Shown: positions 39,268 to 52,123 of the stretch, piece after piece
Layout: every line of letters begins with the position of its first letter
Numbering within the stretch: the first letter of the stretch is position 1
Source of the DNA: Malacoraja senta
Lineage: Eukaryota
Direction of reading: 5' to 3'
Length of the DNA: 64,000 nt
Assembly (NCBI GenBank): GCA_038087875.1
Contig: CM075988.1
Location: 6,574,001 to 6,638,000, forward strand
Program-made: the position numbers and the translations under genes
Notes under the pieces: model-generated
Told to the model about the DNA's origin: nothing
Databases searched by the model: none
What the model saw: only the letters and a program-made list of their open reading frames with translations

Positions 39268-42200
39268 GGACCCATTCACTGTTGCCTGAAGCCTATAACT
39301 GCACCGAAGTCACTGAAAGGACCAAGGAGGGATCAGAAAATTATGCTATTTATTTTTTTTGTAGTAGTAAAATATTACTCCCTATGAATGTATTTGATTT
39401 TAAAGATGCCTTCGCCTTTTTTTAATTATTTATGCTACATGAGGAGAAATTCCTTTTCTGCAGAATGTGGAGTTTTATCCTTGTTTTGTATAAAGTTTTG
39501 TAATAATATAAAGACAGAGGAAGCTATAGAAATTGTTAATTAATATTGGATCATACCTATCTGGTGGTTTGACAAGCACTTGGAAGGAGGACATTTTGAG
39601 GTTCAATGGCCAGACTGTGAGATGCAGGAGCTGATCCATGCAATGACCCTTGGGGCGGGTGCTGCAAATAGTGGGAATGGGAACCTGTGGGTAATGCAGA
39701 GCGACAATAGTTGCTGATATGTAGATAATGGGACTGGTAAAAAGAAATGCTCAATCCTGTCAGACATGCTTATTAGACCAACTCCATTTACATGGATCAA
39801 CTTGATTCACATCAGCTTGAAAGCATCCTCTTCTCAGGTTTGCATTGTACTCATGAATCTATCGCCGTCATATAATAATCTGCTTGGTTTAAACAAATCA
39901 ACAAGTTAGGAAGAGATAAGGCCGCACCACAGGCCAAATTTCAGCATGTCCATTTTGTGCTACACCTGGTGTTTCCATCACTAACTGAAGACACATGGCC
40001 AACTCGGATGAAAAATCCACCTTTCACTGCTTGGTTTGTGCTGAGTATTTAGACTTGTCTTTCTAATAGAACAAGAAGCCCCATGTACAATAAAGTATTC
40101 AATGTCCATGAAAAGAGAGATGCAACTGCCAGCCAATAGCTTCACCGGTCTTTACTCATATAAAACAGAGACGTGCAGCAGATTCATCTGCACTACTAAT
40201 GTTGTTATAATAATGCTTTTTAACAAGGAGTGTGACGGTTTTAAATGTACAGCTGTATAACTAATGCACTTTTTGGATGCATTTACCCAGCTGATACAAT
40301 ATTGACTTAATTTTTAATTGAGGTGAATGAAGTTTCATTGGCACTGTTTGAATTTGGTTGACATTGCAGCTGTATGTATTACAGATCCAGTGTGCAGTTT
40401 CATGATCTCCTTTCATTCTTATTGTGCATTATATATTAGAGTGTAGATGATTATTAATGTATCCCGTCTTCAGGTACTCTTGCTCCTGAGTTGGTTGTAG
40501 CAGCTTTGAATCTGGGTGTCCCTGGGTCCAGAGGCTTCCAGAATCTGCACTTTCCCAATTCAGCCATAGGTGTTTATTAACTTTTTAGTGAGGTAACATG
40601 GAGAAAAACACAAACCTCTGGTTCTGGCAACTTAAGCTCAGTGTAGCCATTCAACTTCTGGGACCACTTGATGCTTTCAATGGGACCATAACTATGCTAA
40701 GTTTCTCTTTCCCCTGTTGGTTATGTCTCTTCTCTAATGGGTTTAACTTATAAGACCTAGACCTGTATATTCATGGGTATGGACACCTTCCTTATAGTCA
40801 CCCCAGTTATATGATTTCCTGACCACTCATCTACTGACCGCTCCTTATCATTACTGACCCACCATCACTACTCCAACCTCAAACTTTGAAACAAATTCCT
40901 TGCATAACCGCTATCTTTTTATTTGCATTTGGTTCGTCGTGCTAAAAATAGATTCCCCAAGTTGTATCCAAACTGCTGGCAGTTCATGAGAATCCACTGG
41001 CTGGTGAAACGACTCTTTTCCTGTTTGATTTTTTACTCTGGATTGGACAAGGACTGCAAGCGATTGGTTAGGAGCCAATGTCAGAATAAAACTAAAATAA
41101 AAATACTCAATGGCTCTATCAGAGTTTAAAAGAAACAAGTAAATCAATGTTTTCGGTGGGTTTCTGTTGGAAGTGTACAAATTTGTTTGGTTGGAAAAAA
41201 TGTAAATATCAAGGTTAAAATTTCTTCTTTCCAAAACATTGTCTGTTCAAGGAGTTTGCACTTTTCAACCTCCTCTGGCTAACCCACCGCAGCAAAGAGG
41301 GAAGCTAACATAGACCATCCTTTGTAATACCTCTACTGACACCCAAAGGATGATGTGGGCAAATATTTAATGTTTTATCAATCATATGACTTTAGAAAGG
41401 TTGTAGGTTGTTCCGTTTTTTTGAATCACGTTATAAAATGCCTGTTGCAGGGATGGGCTTTCAAATCTCCCTTAATCCCAGAGTTCGGAAGATCAACAGC
41501 CCAACATTTATTAGAACATATTATTAGAACATAAAACAGTACAGCACAAGAACAGGCCCTTCGGCCCATAATGTCTGTGTTGAGCATGACGCTAAGACTA
41601 TCACTTATCTACCTGTACATAACCCATATCTATCCATTCCCTGCATATCCAAATAGGTTTGTGTTAAATACCTCTCCATTAAATATCATAAAAAGGTTAA
41701 CAACTATCAAGATCTGTCATTCCAAGCGTGGAGCAGTTATTTATTCCAATTGCGCACTCCTGATTCAGAGTCTCACATTGGAAAATCAAAGGTCCCATGT
41801 TTTATTTTGTCATGATGAGCAATAAATGGGAGGGTACACTTAGCTGGTCTTCTAGACATTAGGGGGTAGGTGGTTAGCACATTGGATAGGTATGTCCAAT
41901 GCTGTTGTAAACCTCCACTCTGGACAAGAGATGATAGTCTGAGTCTGACTGCAATGTTAAAGTTAGTTTATGATTTTCTGCCAACAGGAAGCTGTGTAAA
42001 GACTATTCTGGAGCCACTCAGTTGTAAATATTACCCTCAAAACACAACACTACAGTCACAGATTGTCTCCAAATTCCCCAGTAATGATTCATTTAAAAAA
42101 ATCAAGTTTTATTGTACTCTTATCTTTCACCCTCTATTGAAAACAAATAGTGCTGTTTTTTAAATGCATGTTTTTGTATTATATAGAAAATGTGCTATAT

Positions 42201-42320
42201 TTTCATAAATGGTTGTAATATTCTTGTTGAAATTGTACATATTTTTCTAAATATGATAGCTCAGTGAAATGTTTGTAAGATACTGTTAATATTAAAGATG
42301 ATGCTGTTGCCTCCATTTGC
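39268..42320 (+). other. Probable CDON 3' UTR
   Basis: About 3 kb largely free of the repeats that saturate flanking DNA; AU-rich ends; several TGTAHATA motifs; ATTAAA at 42291-42296 after a U-rich region. Alternative AATAAA signals near 40089, 41085 and 41821. Confidence 0.55.
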
Positions 42321-42544
42321 TATGTGTCGTGGTGATGCAGCACCAGGAACATTATATGTTGATGATTTTCTCTTGTGTTGAGGGATCACTGAGTGTTGGT
42401 GCGGGGACTGAAGGTATCGGTAGGGTAAAATGAGGCAGACTTTTAAATCTGCATAAACCATATATCTTTGAAACAGTTGGTATTTGTTGGAAAAGGAGGT
42501 GTGTGGGGGAGAAAGGAGAACGGGGGGGGGGGGGGGGGGGGTGT

Positions 42545-42730
42545 TAGAGGTTACCTAAAACTGGAGAATTCAACATTTATATCATTGTGCTATAAGATAC
42601 CCAAGAGAAATATGTTGCTTTTCCTCCAGTTTGTGTGTGGCCTCACTGACCATGGAGGAGGTCCAGGACAGAAAGGTCAATATGGGAATGGGGAGCGGGG
42701 TTAAAATGGTTAGCAACCAGGATATCCGAT
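42545..42730 (-). mobile_element. Penelope-like GIY-YIG endonuclease fragment
   Basis: Minus strand across frames reads VANHFNPAPHSHIDLSVLDLLH / SEATHKLEEKQH; the same module leads into the 51409-51785 copy. An older copy lies at ~2930-3080. Confidence 0.65.
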
Positions 42731-42924
42731 AGATCTTGGTGGAGCATGGTCGATCGGTAGTTTCTCGGGTTCCTGAAAGAACCACACAGGAATAGCAGAT
42801 CATTCCCTTCACACTTTGCCTCTTTGAATTTGTAATCCAGGATTTGTATTGATCATTTTGAAGATCTCAGCAATGGCAGTGAGGAGCTACTTTGATCCCA
42901 AACCAATGCTAATGTAGTAATAGG

Positions 42925-43158
42925 ATGGCACAGTGGTGCAATGGTAGAGTTTGTATGTTCTCCCTGTGACCGTGTGGGTTTTCTCCGAGTGCTTGTTTTC
43001 CTCCCACACTCCAAGGCCGTGCATGTTTGTAGGTTACTTGGCATCTGTTGATTGTAAATTGTCCCTAGTGTGTAGGACAGTGCTAGTATACGGGATGGTC
43101 GGCGTAGAACCCGTGGATCACAGGCCCTGTTTCCACACTCTATCCCAAAGGTCTAAAA
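42925..43158 (+). mobile_element. V-SINE (internally deleted)
   Basis: Same central domain and tail as 22293-22600. Confidence 0.75.
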
Positions 43159-43569
43159 GTAAATATATAGACAGATTGCCAAACCTCTGTATATTACTTC
43201 AATGTAAGAAAGGGAGAAATAGAGATAGTTCTTGCTCACCTTCTACATGCAACTAAATGAATGACTTCAGAACAACTAGGTTCTGAATTTACCTATCTTT
43301 GCAACACTGCGTACTACACCACAGAATGTTGGTATGGGGCTTTAAGGGTTAAAATAAGAGGAATAGCTCCAGAAATTTCCCTTGTGATTGCCAGAGTACA
43401 GGAGATTTAATGGTTGAACTGATGAGGGGGCTTTGATTGAATAACGGACAGGAAATGGTTTATTTATATTTGCCTCGCACTAAAATACAACAAGATCACA
43501 AAATCCTGTTTATTACAAAAATGAAAATAGAACAGTTTCACTCAAAGGACAATAGAAACCAGGAAGAGT

Positions 43570-43853
43570 GTTTAGTTTGGAGATACAGTGCAGAAACAGG
43601 CTCCTTCGGCCCACCAAGTCCACACCGACCAGCGATCCCCACACGCCAACATTATCCTACACACTAGGGACAATTTACAATTTTTACCGAAGCCAATTAA
43701 ACTACAAACCTGTAGGTCTTTGGAGTGTGAGAGGAAACCGGAGCACCCGGGGAAAATCCATGCAGGCACATGGAGAACGTACAAATTCCGTACAGACAGC
43801 ACTCGTCAGGATCGAACCCGGGTCGCTGGCGCTGTAAGGCAGCAACTCTGCCC
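43570..43853 (-). mobile_element. V-SINE
   Basis: Reverse complement of the same family, with B-box gggttcgatcc. Confidence 0.85.
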
Positions 43854-44442
43854 GTTAAAAAAAAGTGCTCTGAAATGATGCTGAAACAGCATGTGTTTTC
43901 AAGACCAACTCTTCTGTTGGGTAAAGTTCAGTGCGGTACAGAAGAACATTTGTGTTAATGTAGCAGGTTCAGATTCTTGGGACATTTCAAGAATGATACA
44001 GCCTATTATTTTTGAAGACACTTGCAGGGAAGGTGACAATCTCACAAGTCACAATGGCTGTGGACAACGATGGGAGATGTGTCTGGCAGATCACCCATGG
44101 TCTAATTGAATGGTAAAGCTGTGGTCAGGCACTGTGTTGTATATTCTCTTATAGTCTAGTAGTAGCAAGGAATTGCACTGATTCAGAAGGAAAGCATTAT
44201 TTTATTTAACCTAAAACAGCACTCCAGCCAGACTTGAGATAATCCTTCAGTACAACGGTTTATATGTAGTGTGAAGGCAAAGCAGTCAGGGTGCCTAATT
44301 CACATCAAGATCCTCGGAACCACCTTTCGATCTGCACTTCCTGCCAGGAGTTGAGTGTTAGAATTTGAAGAGAGTTTTGAATAAGCACTATTGGAATAAG
44401 TTACAGACTGGAATCTATTTGTAGATGATTCCTTTAATCAGC

Positions 44443-44680
44443 AGTATGAACATTGACTTCTCCAATTTCAGGTAGTCCTTGCTTTCTCCTCCACTTCCCA
44501 GCTCTCCCTCAGCCCACTGTCTCTGCCTCTTCCTTTTTTCATCATTCCCCCCCCCCCCCCCCCCCCCCACCCTCACATCATTCTGAAGAAGGGTCTCGAC
44601 TGAAAACGTTGCCTATTTCCTTCGCTCCATAGATGCTGCCTCACCCGCTGAGTTTCTCCAGCATTTTGGTCTATCTTTAA
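44443..44680 (+). mobile_element. Penelope-like element 3' end
   Basis: SMNIDFSNFR* followed by C-rich UTR, degenerate hammerhead core at 44583-44610 and the family terminal sequence. Confidence 0.72.
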
Positions 44681-45772
44681 TCCTGGAATGTAATTGAAGA
44701 TGATTCCCTGACCCGCTGAGTTAATCCAGCACTTTGTGTCTATCTGCGATTCCTTTATCAACGGATGCAGAGTAATCCATTTTTTAAAGTTCCTGGAAGT
44801 TCTTTTAAAAATAGCCAAATCTGATAATTTTAATTTGAAAACTAAATTGTATGCATCATGTAGAGATAAATCCCTCAACTCATGTTGGATATTATACCAA
44901 CGAACTGTACCCTCTTCACCCACATGGATTAAGCTACCTCTCATTCATTCCTACACAATTTCAACAGTGCTAAATAACTCCAGTGTTCCCAGTTCATAAT
45001 ACTAATGGCCCAGTCTCTTTATTCATTGTCCTGAAATAACATTGTTGATCCACTCATTGAAAAATACATTCTATCAAATAAAATGTTAGTAAACTACTTG
45101 CAGCTGCACAATTTCCATGTTTTAGGCTATGTTTGGAGTTCAGTTACTAAATGAAGGCTGAGCAGGATCTGTAGCGATACTCTCACCCTTTATGCCGTTT
45201 ACACTCCAGACTAATGCAGAACAATTCTTGGCAAAGGACTTGCAATAGCTTTACTTCAACAGTACTTCACAATCATTGATAAAACGCTCTTAAGAGGATC
45301 TCCCTGGATGTTTATATGCAGTTTTTGCTGGATTAACTTGTACCAGAAAGTTGAAATAGGCCAGATTTCTTTGTGTAAAACATGCATAAAGCCAGTTCAA
45401 TGAATAATTCATGCCAGCAAGATTTCTGCTCAATTTTAACAAACAAAAAACTCATGGGTCTGTGGGTGGCTTGGTGCTGACTCGGGCCGCTCTGCCTTGA
45501 CCTCTGCGATTGATGGGATGGTAATCTCAAAGATTAGGCTTCCAAACAGGAAATATATTCAAGGCAATCCAAGAAAAAAAAGCACTCTTGGAATTACGTG
45601 ATGAGAGAGCACCTAGTCTAGAATCAATGATGAATGTAAAGATCATGTGTTTTAATCAGAGCTGTTGTCAATGCCTACATTAAAAAAACTAGGCAAAACG
45701 TTCCACCAGAACATTACCTACATTAGCTAGTTATTTCAGTACCTAATCCACACTAGGTTTTACCCAAAAGAT

Positions 45773-47500
45773 TAGAAACATAGACATAGAAACATAGAAA
45801 ATAGGTGCAGGAGTAGGCATTCGGCCCTTCGAGCCTGCGCCGCCATTCAATTTGATCATGGCTGATCATCCAACTCAGTATCCTGTACCTGCCTTCTCTC
45901 CATACCCCCTGATCCCTTTAGCCACAAGGGCCACATCTAACTCCCTCTTAAATATAGCCAATGAACTGGCCTCAACTACCTTCTGTGGCAGAGAGTTCCA
46001 GAGATTCACCACTCTCTGTGTGAAAAATGTTTTTCTCATCTCGGTCCTAAAGGATTTCCCCTTAATCCTTAAACTGTGACCCCTTGTCCTGGACTTCCCC
46101 AACATCGGGAACAATCTTCCTGCATCTAGCCTGACCAACCCCTTAAGAATTTTGTAAGTTTCTATAAGATCCCCCCTCAATCTTCTAAATTCTAGCGAGT
46201 ACAAGCCGAGTCTATCCAGTCTTTCTTCATATGAAAGTCCTGACATCCCAGGAATCAATCTGGTGAACCTTCTCTGTACTCCTTCTATGGCAAGAATGTC
46301 TTTCCTCAGATTTGGAGACCAAAACTGTACGCAATACTCCCAGGTGTGGTCTCACCAAGACCCTGTACAACTGCAGTAGAACCTCCCTGCTCCTATACTC
46401 AAATCCATTTGCTATGAATGCTAACATACCATTCGCTTTCTTCACTGCCTGCTGCACCTGCATGCCTACTTTCAATGACTGGTGTACCATGACACCCAGG
46501 TCTCGTTGCATCTCCCCTTTTCCTAATCGGCCACCATTTAGATAATAGTCTACTTTCCTGTTTTTGCCACCAAAGTGGATAACCTCACATTTATCCACAT
46601 TATACTGCATCTGCCATGCATTTGCCCACTCACCCAGCCTATCCAAGTCACCTTGCAGCCTCCTAGCATCCTCCTCACAGCTAACACTGCCCCCCAGCTT
46701 CGTGTCATCCGCAAACTTGGAGATGTTGCATTCAATTCCCTCGTCCAAATCATTAATATATATTGTAAATAGCTGGGGTCCCAGCACTGAGCTTGCGGTA
46801 CCCCACTAGTCACTGCCTGCCATTCTGAAAAGGGCCCGTTTACTCCTACTCTTTGCTTCCTGTTTGCCAGCCAGTTCTCTATCCACATCAATACTGAACC
46901 CCCAATACCGTGTGCTTTAAGTTTGTATACTAATCTCTTATGTGGGACCTTGTCGAAAGCCTTCTGAAAGTCCAGATATAACACATCCACTGGTTCTCCC
47001 TTATCCACTCTACTAGTTACATCCTTGAAAAATTCTATAAGATTCGTCAGACATGATTTACCTTTCGTAATCCATGCTGACTTTGTCCAATGATTTCACC
47101 ACTTTCCAAATGTGCTGCTATCCCATCTTTAATAACTGACTCTAGCAGTTTCCCCACTACCGATGTTAGACTAACTGGTCTGTAATTCCCCGTTTTCTCT
47201 CTCCCTCCCCGTTTTAAAAAGGGGGGTTACATTAGCTACCCTCCAATCCTCAGGAACTACTCCAGAATCTAAGGAGTTTTGAAAAATTATCACTAATGCA
47301 TCCACTATTTCTGGGGCTACTTCCTTAAGGACTCTGAGATGCAGCCTATCTGGCCCTGGGGATTTATCAGCCTTTAATCCATTCAATTTACCTAACACCA
47401 CTTCCCGGCTAACCTGGATTTCACTCAGTTCCTCTAACTCATTTGACCCGCGGTCCTCTGCTATTTCCGGCAGATTATTTATGTCTTCCTTAGTGAAGAT
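45773..47500 (-). mobile_element. 5'-truncated CR1-clade LINE (ORF2 reverse transcriptase, frameshifted)
   Basis: Minus-strand fragments KSPGPDRLH, YLDFQKAFDKVPH, SGVPQ, KFADDTKL, LGLYSLEFRRLRGDLIETYKI; octamer-like (TTCTATGT)n tail at ~45773-45800. Confidence 0.93.
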
Positions 47501-47526
47501 TGCTGATAATGTGTTTAATAAATAGC

Positions 47527-48024
47527 AGCGCGGTGGCACAGCAGTAGACTTACTGCCTTACCGTGCCAGAGACCCGGGTTCAATCCTGTTTGCAAGGAGT
47601 ATGTACGTTCTCCCTGTGGCTGTGTGGGTTTTCTCCTGGTGCTCTGGTTTCCACCTACTCAAAGACGTACAGGTTTGTTTGCTTTGTTACCTTCTCCCAA
47701 CTAACAATGAACTATTCTACATTTTCCTTGATCAACATTCCCTTTGTCCTGTTTTCACACCTCGCACTTCCTTATCTATACACTACCTTATCTATGTACC
47801 TCCCTCTCCCCTGACATCAGTCTGAAAAAGGGTCTCGACTCAAAACGTCACCCATTCCTTCTCTCCAGAGATGCTGCCTGTCCCGCTGAGTTACTCCAGC
47901 ATTTTGTGTCTATAGATTAATTGGCTTCGGTAAAGATTGTAAATTGTCCTGTGTGTAGATTGCTGGTCGGCGCGGACTCTGTGCGCTGAAGGGCCTGTTT
48001 CCGTGCCATAGCTCTAAACTAAAC
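47527..48024 (+). mobile_element. V-SINE interrupted by a Penelope-like fragment (~47679-47912)
   Basis: SINE sequence breaks at caggtttgt and resumes at agattaattggc; the insert carries a degenerate hammerhead at ~47822. Confidence 0.75.
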
Positions 48025-49804
48025 TCTTCATTTAATGTGCACGTCTCACGAAGATCTAAACAAAATGACTTATCTTCAAATCTTCAATTACTAATAATCA
48101 TTGACCTGTTTTTACAGTCCAGGGATATAAATTCAATTACATTTTGGTGCCTGGGAAAGAATTACCGAATAATTCAATAATCTGGATTTTAAATAAAAGA
48201 CTAATCTCAGTAGTGTAACAGGAAACTACCAAACAGTTGTCAAAACCCACTCTTGTCCATCAATATCTTTCCAGGAGGAATCTTGCCCATCCAACCTCCA
48301 TATGATTCCACACCCACCAAGACTGACTCTTAATTGCTCCTCCAAAGCCATATAACATCAAAGCATGTATAGAAAGGAACTGCAGATGTTGTTATGTGCT
48401 GTGTATGCAATAATTAATCAGTGTTGTCAATGCCTACACAAAAAAACACACAAAACTTTCCACCCAGAACATTAGCTACATTAACTGGTTAGTCCAGTTT
48501 ATATAAATAAAATCTATTATTATTATTATTACCTAATCCACAATAGGTACACATTTTATGTATACAAAGTGCTGGAGAAACTCAGTGGGTCAGGCAGCAT
48601 CACTGGAGAAAAAGGGTGAGTGATGTCTGGTTCCTTCCCACACTCCAGGTTTGTAGGCTAATAGGCTTGGTAAAAGTTGTAAATTGTCACTGTGGTGTGT
48701 AGAATAGTGTTAGTGTCGCTGGTCGGCACGGACTCAGTGGGCCGAAGGGCCTGTTTCTGCACTGTATCTCCAAATTAAACTAAACTAAATGCTTTCCTTC
48801 ATTTTACCTGGCTTTCGAATCTTTGATTTTTTTTACCATTCTATTTTTTTTTAATCACCTTCCATATTCCTGCAACAACACCTCGACAGCACTGAACTGC
48901 TGCTTGGCATAATTTTACCTTTTAATCTTACCCTCCGCTGATATTGTTTGCTATTGATTTAACTTTGTTGGCTCAATAACATGACGTCACCTAGGTACTG
49001 CCCAGATGAGGAGTTCTACATGATTTTACCAGGTTGTATGCAAATCAAAACATTTCACTGTACCTTGGTACACGTGACAATAAAGTATTGTATTATTGAA
49101 TCATCCAAGAGGTCTAATTTTGGAGATCCCCATTTCGTTTATTGGAAATATATTTTGTCTGATCCTCCTTGAATGTGTCCACGTGCCTCGTCTCAGCGGA
49201 ATTTTTACTATGGTCCACCTCTATTCTTCCAATAATTAATCAAAGTCTAACAGAATTATAATTACAATCTCTAAAACATTCTCTCCATCCCAGGCACAGG
49301 TATGTCTTCTAGAATGTTTAAGAAGGAACTGCGGATGCTGGAAAATCGAAGGTAGACTAAAGTGCTGGAGAAACTCAGCGGGTGCAGCAGCATCTATGGA
49401 GCGAAGGAAATAGGCAACGTTTTGGGCCAAAACCCTTCTTCAGACTGATGTAGGGTGGGGGTAGGGGGGGGGGTCAGGGAGAAGAAAGGAGAAAGGAAGA
49501 GGAGGAGCCCGAGGGCTGAGGGAGAATCACAGAGGGGGAGCAATTAGAGAGGAGGTTGTAAAACTGTCTTCAGAGGGAGGAGGAGAACTTTTTCTTCAAA
49601 GTAGGCATACCTTGAGGAGATTTCGCAGTGGAGTAGTCAGTGTTTAAGAAGGAACTGCAGATGCTGGAAAATCAGAGGTAGACAGAAGTGCTGGAGAAAC
49701 TCAGCGGGTGCAGCAGCATCTATGGAGTGAAGGAAATAGGCAATGTTTCGGGCCGAAACCCTTCTTCAGACTGATGTAGAAGATGGCTACAAAATGCTGG
49801 AGTA

Positions 49805-51406
49805 CAGTGGCTTGCAAAAGTATTCATACCCCTTGAACTTTTCCACATTTTGTCACGTTACAACCACAAACGTAAATGTATTTTATTGGGATTTTATGTG
49901 ATAGACCAACACAAAGTGGCGCATAATTGTGAAGTGGAAGGAAAATGATACATGGTTTTCAAATTTTTTTACAAATAAAAAACTGAAAAGTGTGGCGTGC
50001 AAAAGTATTCAGCCCCCTTTACTCTGATACCCCTAAATAAAATCCAGTGCAACCAATTGCCTTCAGAAGTCACCTAATTAGTAAATATAGTCCACTTGTG
50101 TGTAATCTAATCTCAGTATAAATACAGCTGTTCTGTGAAGGCCTCAGAGGTTTGTTAGAGAACATTAGGGAACAAACAGCATCATGAAGCCCAAGGAACA
50201 CACCAGACAGGTCAGGGATAAAGTTGTGGAGAAATTTAAAGCAGGGTTAGGTTATAAAAAAAATCCCAAGCTTTGAACATCTCACGGAGCACTGTTCAAT
50301 CCATCATCCGAAAATGGAAAGAGTATGGCACAACTGCAAACCTACCAAGACATGGCCGTCCACCTAAACTGACAGGCCGGGCAAGGAGAGCATTGATCAG
50401 AGAAGCAGCCAAGAGGCCCATGGTAACTCTGGAGGAGCTGCAGAGATCCACAGCTCAGGTGGGAGAATCTGTCCACAGGACAACTATTAGTCGTGCACTC
50501 CAGCATCTGCAGTGGCAAGAAGAAAGCCATTGTTGAAAAAAAGCTATAAGAAGTCCCGTTTGCAGTTTGCCACAAGCCATGTGGGGGACACAGCAAAAGT
50601 GGAGGAAGGTGCTCTGGTCAGATGAGACCAAAATTGAAGTTTTTGGCCTAAATACAAAACGCTATGTGTGGCGGAAAACTAACACTGCACATCACCCTGA
50701 ACACACCATCCCCACTGTGAAACATGGTGGTGGCAGCATCATGCTGTGGGGATGCTTTTCTTCAGCAGGGACAGGGAAGCTGGTCAGAGTTGATGGGAAG
50801 ATGGATGGAGCCAAATACAGGGCAATCTTGGAAGAAAACCTGTTAGAGTCTGCAAAAGACTTGAGACTGGGGCGGAGGTTCACCTTCCAGCAGGACAACG
50901 ACCCCTAAACATACAGCCAGAGCTACAATGGAATGGTTTAGATCAAAGCATATTCATGTGTTAGAATGGCCCAGTCAAAGTCCAGACCTAAATCCAATTG
51001 AGAATCTCTGGCAAGACTTGAAAATTGCTGTTCACAGACGCTCTCCATCCAATCTGACTGAGCTCGAGCTATTTTGCAAAGAAGAATGGGCAAAAATTTC
51101 AGTCTCTAGATGTGCAAAGCTACTAGAGACATACCCCAAAAGACTTGCAGCTGTAATTGCAGCGGAAGGTGGTTCTACAAAGTATTGACTCAGGGGGGCT
51201 GAATACTTTTGCACGTGACACTTTTCAGTTTTTTATTTGTAAAAAAATTTGAAAACCATGTATCATTTTCCTTCCACTTCACAATTATGCACCACTTTGT
51301 GTTGGTCTATCACATAAAATCCCAATAAAATACATTTACGTTTGTGGTTGTAACGTGACAAAATGTAGAAAAGTTCAAGGGGTATGAAAACTTTTGCAAG
51401 CCACTG
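49805..51406 (+). mobile_element. Full-length Tc1-family (Passport-like) DNA transposon, inactivated
   Basis: TA target duplication (49803-04 and 51407-08); ~210 bp terminal inverted repeats beginning CAGTGGCTTGCAAAAG with an internal repeat of the caaaagtattca motif (IR/DR type); transposase inside. Confidence 0.95.
50184..51188 (+). pseudogene. Tc1 DDE transposase pseudogene (several frameshifts)
   Basis: MKPKEHTRQVRDKVVEKF...GRPPKL...WSDETK...FQQDNDP...[11 protein letters not shown]...GGSTKY*, spread over ORF-track fragments 50273-50536, 50567-50908 and 50928-51188. Confidence 0.93.
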
Positions 51407-51408
51407 TA

Positions 51409-51785
51409 ACTCAGCGGGTCAGGCAGCATCTCTGGCGAAAAGAAATAGGTGACATTTCGGGTCGAGACCCTTCTTCAGACTGAGTGAGGGTCAGGGGGAA
51501 GGGAACTAGAGATATGAAAAGGTACAAAGAACATATGAATGAAAGGCATGCAAAAGGACAACTCAAAGCCAGCCAGCTGATCAAGGAAAAGGTGGAGCCC
51601 ACAATGGTCCATTGTTGGCTGTGGAGAAGGTGATAACGAATGGATACAAACAGTGAAATTCAGCAGGACGACAGTGAAACTAGGGTGGGGGAGGGACGGA
51701 GAGAGAGGGAATGCAAGGGTTACTTGAAGTTACAAAAATCAATATTCATACCGCTGGGTTGTAAGCTGCCCAAGCGAAATATGAA
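51409..51785 (-). mobile_element. Penelope-like element 3' end (GIY-YIG C-terminus, 3' UTR, hammerhead motif)
   Basis: Minus strand reads IFRLGSLQPSGMNIDFCNFK* (typical PLE endonuclease end), then UTR, then CUGAAGAAGGGUCUCGACCCGAAAUGUC at 51478-51451. Terminus is interrupted by the Tc1. Confidence 0.8.
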
Positions 51786-51899
51786 CTAAAACTCCACAGT
51801 AGCACTCCTATGAACTGATTCTAGACAATAGGTGCAGGAGTAGGCCATTCGGCCCTTCGAACCAGCACCGCCATTCACTGTGATCATGGTTAATAAGAT

Positions 51900-52123
51900 G
51901 TTTAAGAAGGAACTGCAGATGCTGGAAAATCGAAGGTAGACAAAAGTGCTGGAGAAACTCAGTGGGTGCAGCAGCATCTATGAAGCGAAGGAAATGGGCA
52001 ATGTTTCGGGCCGAAACCCTTCTTCAGACTGAAGGAAGGGTTTCGGCCCAAAACGTTGCCTATTTCCTTCGCTCCATAGATGCTGCTGCACCCGCTGAGT
52101 TTCTCCAGCACTTTTGTCTACCT
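51900..52123. mobile_element. Penelope-like terminal repeat in inverted (palindromic) configuration
   Basis: Two ~95-nt arms inverted around 52028; flanked by the 14-bp direct repeat atggttaataagat (51886-51899, 52124-52137). Confidence 0.8.
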
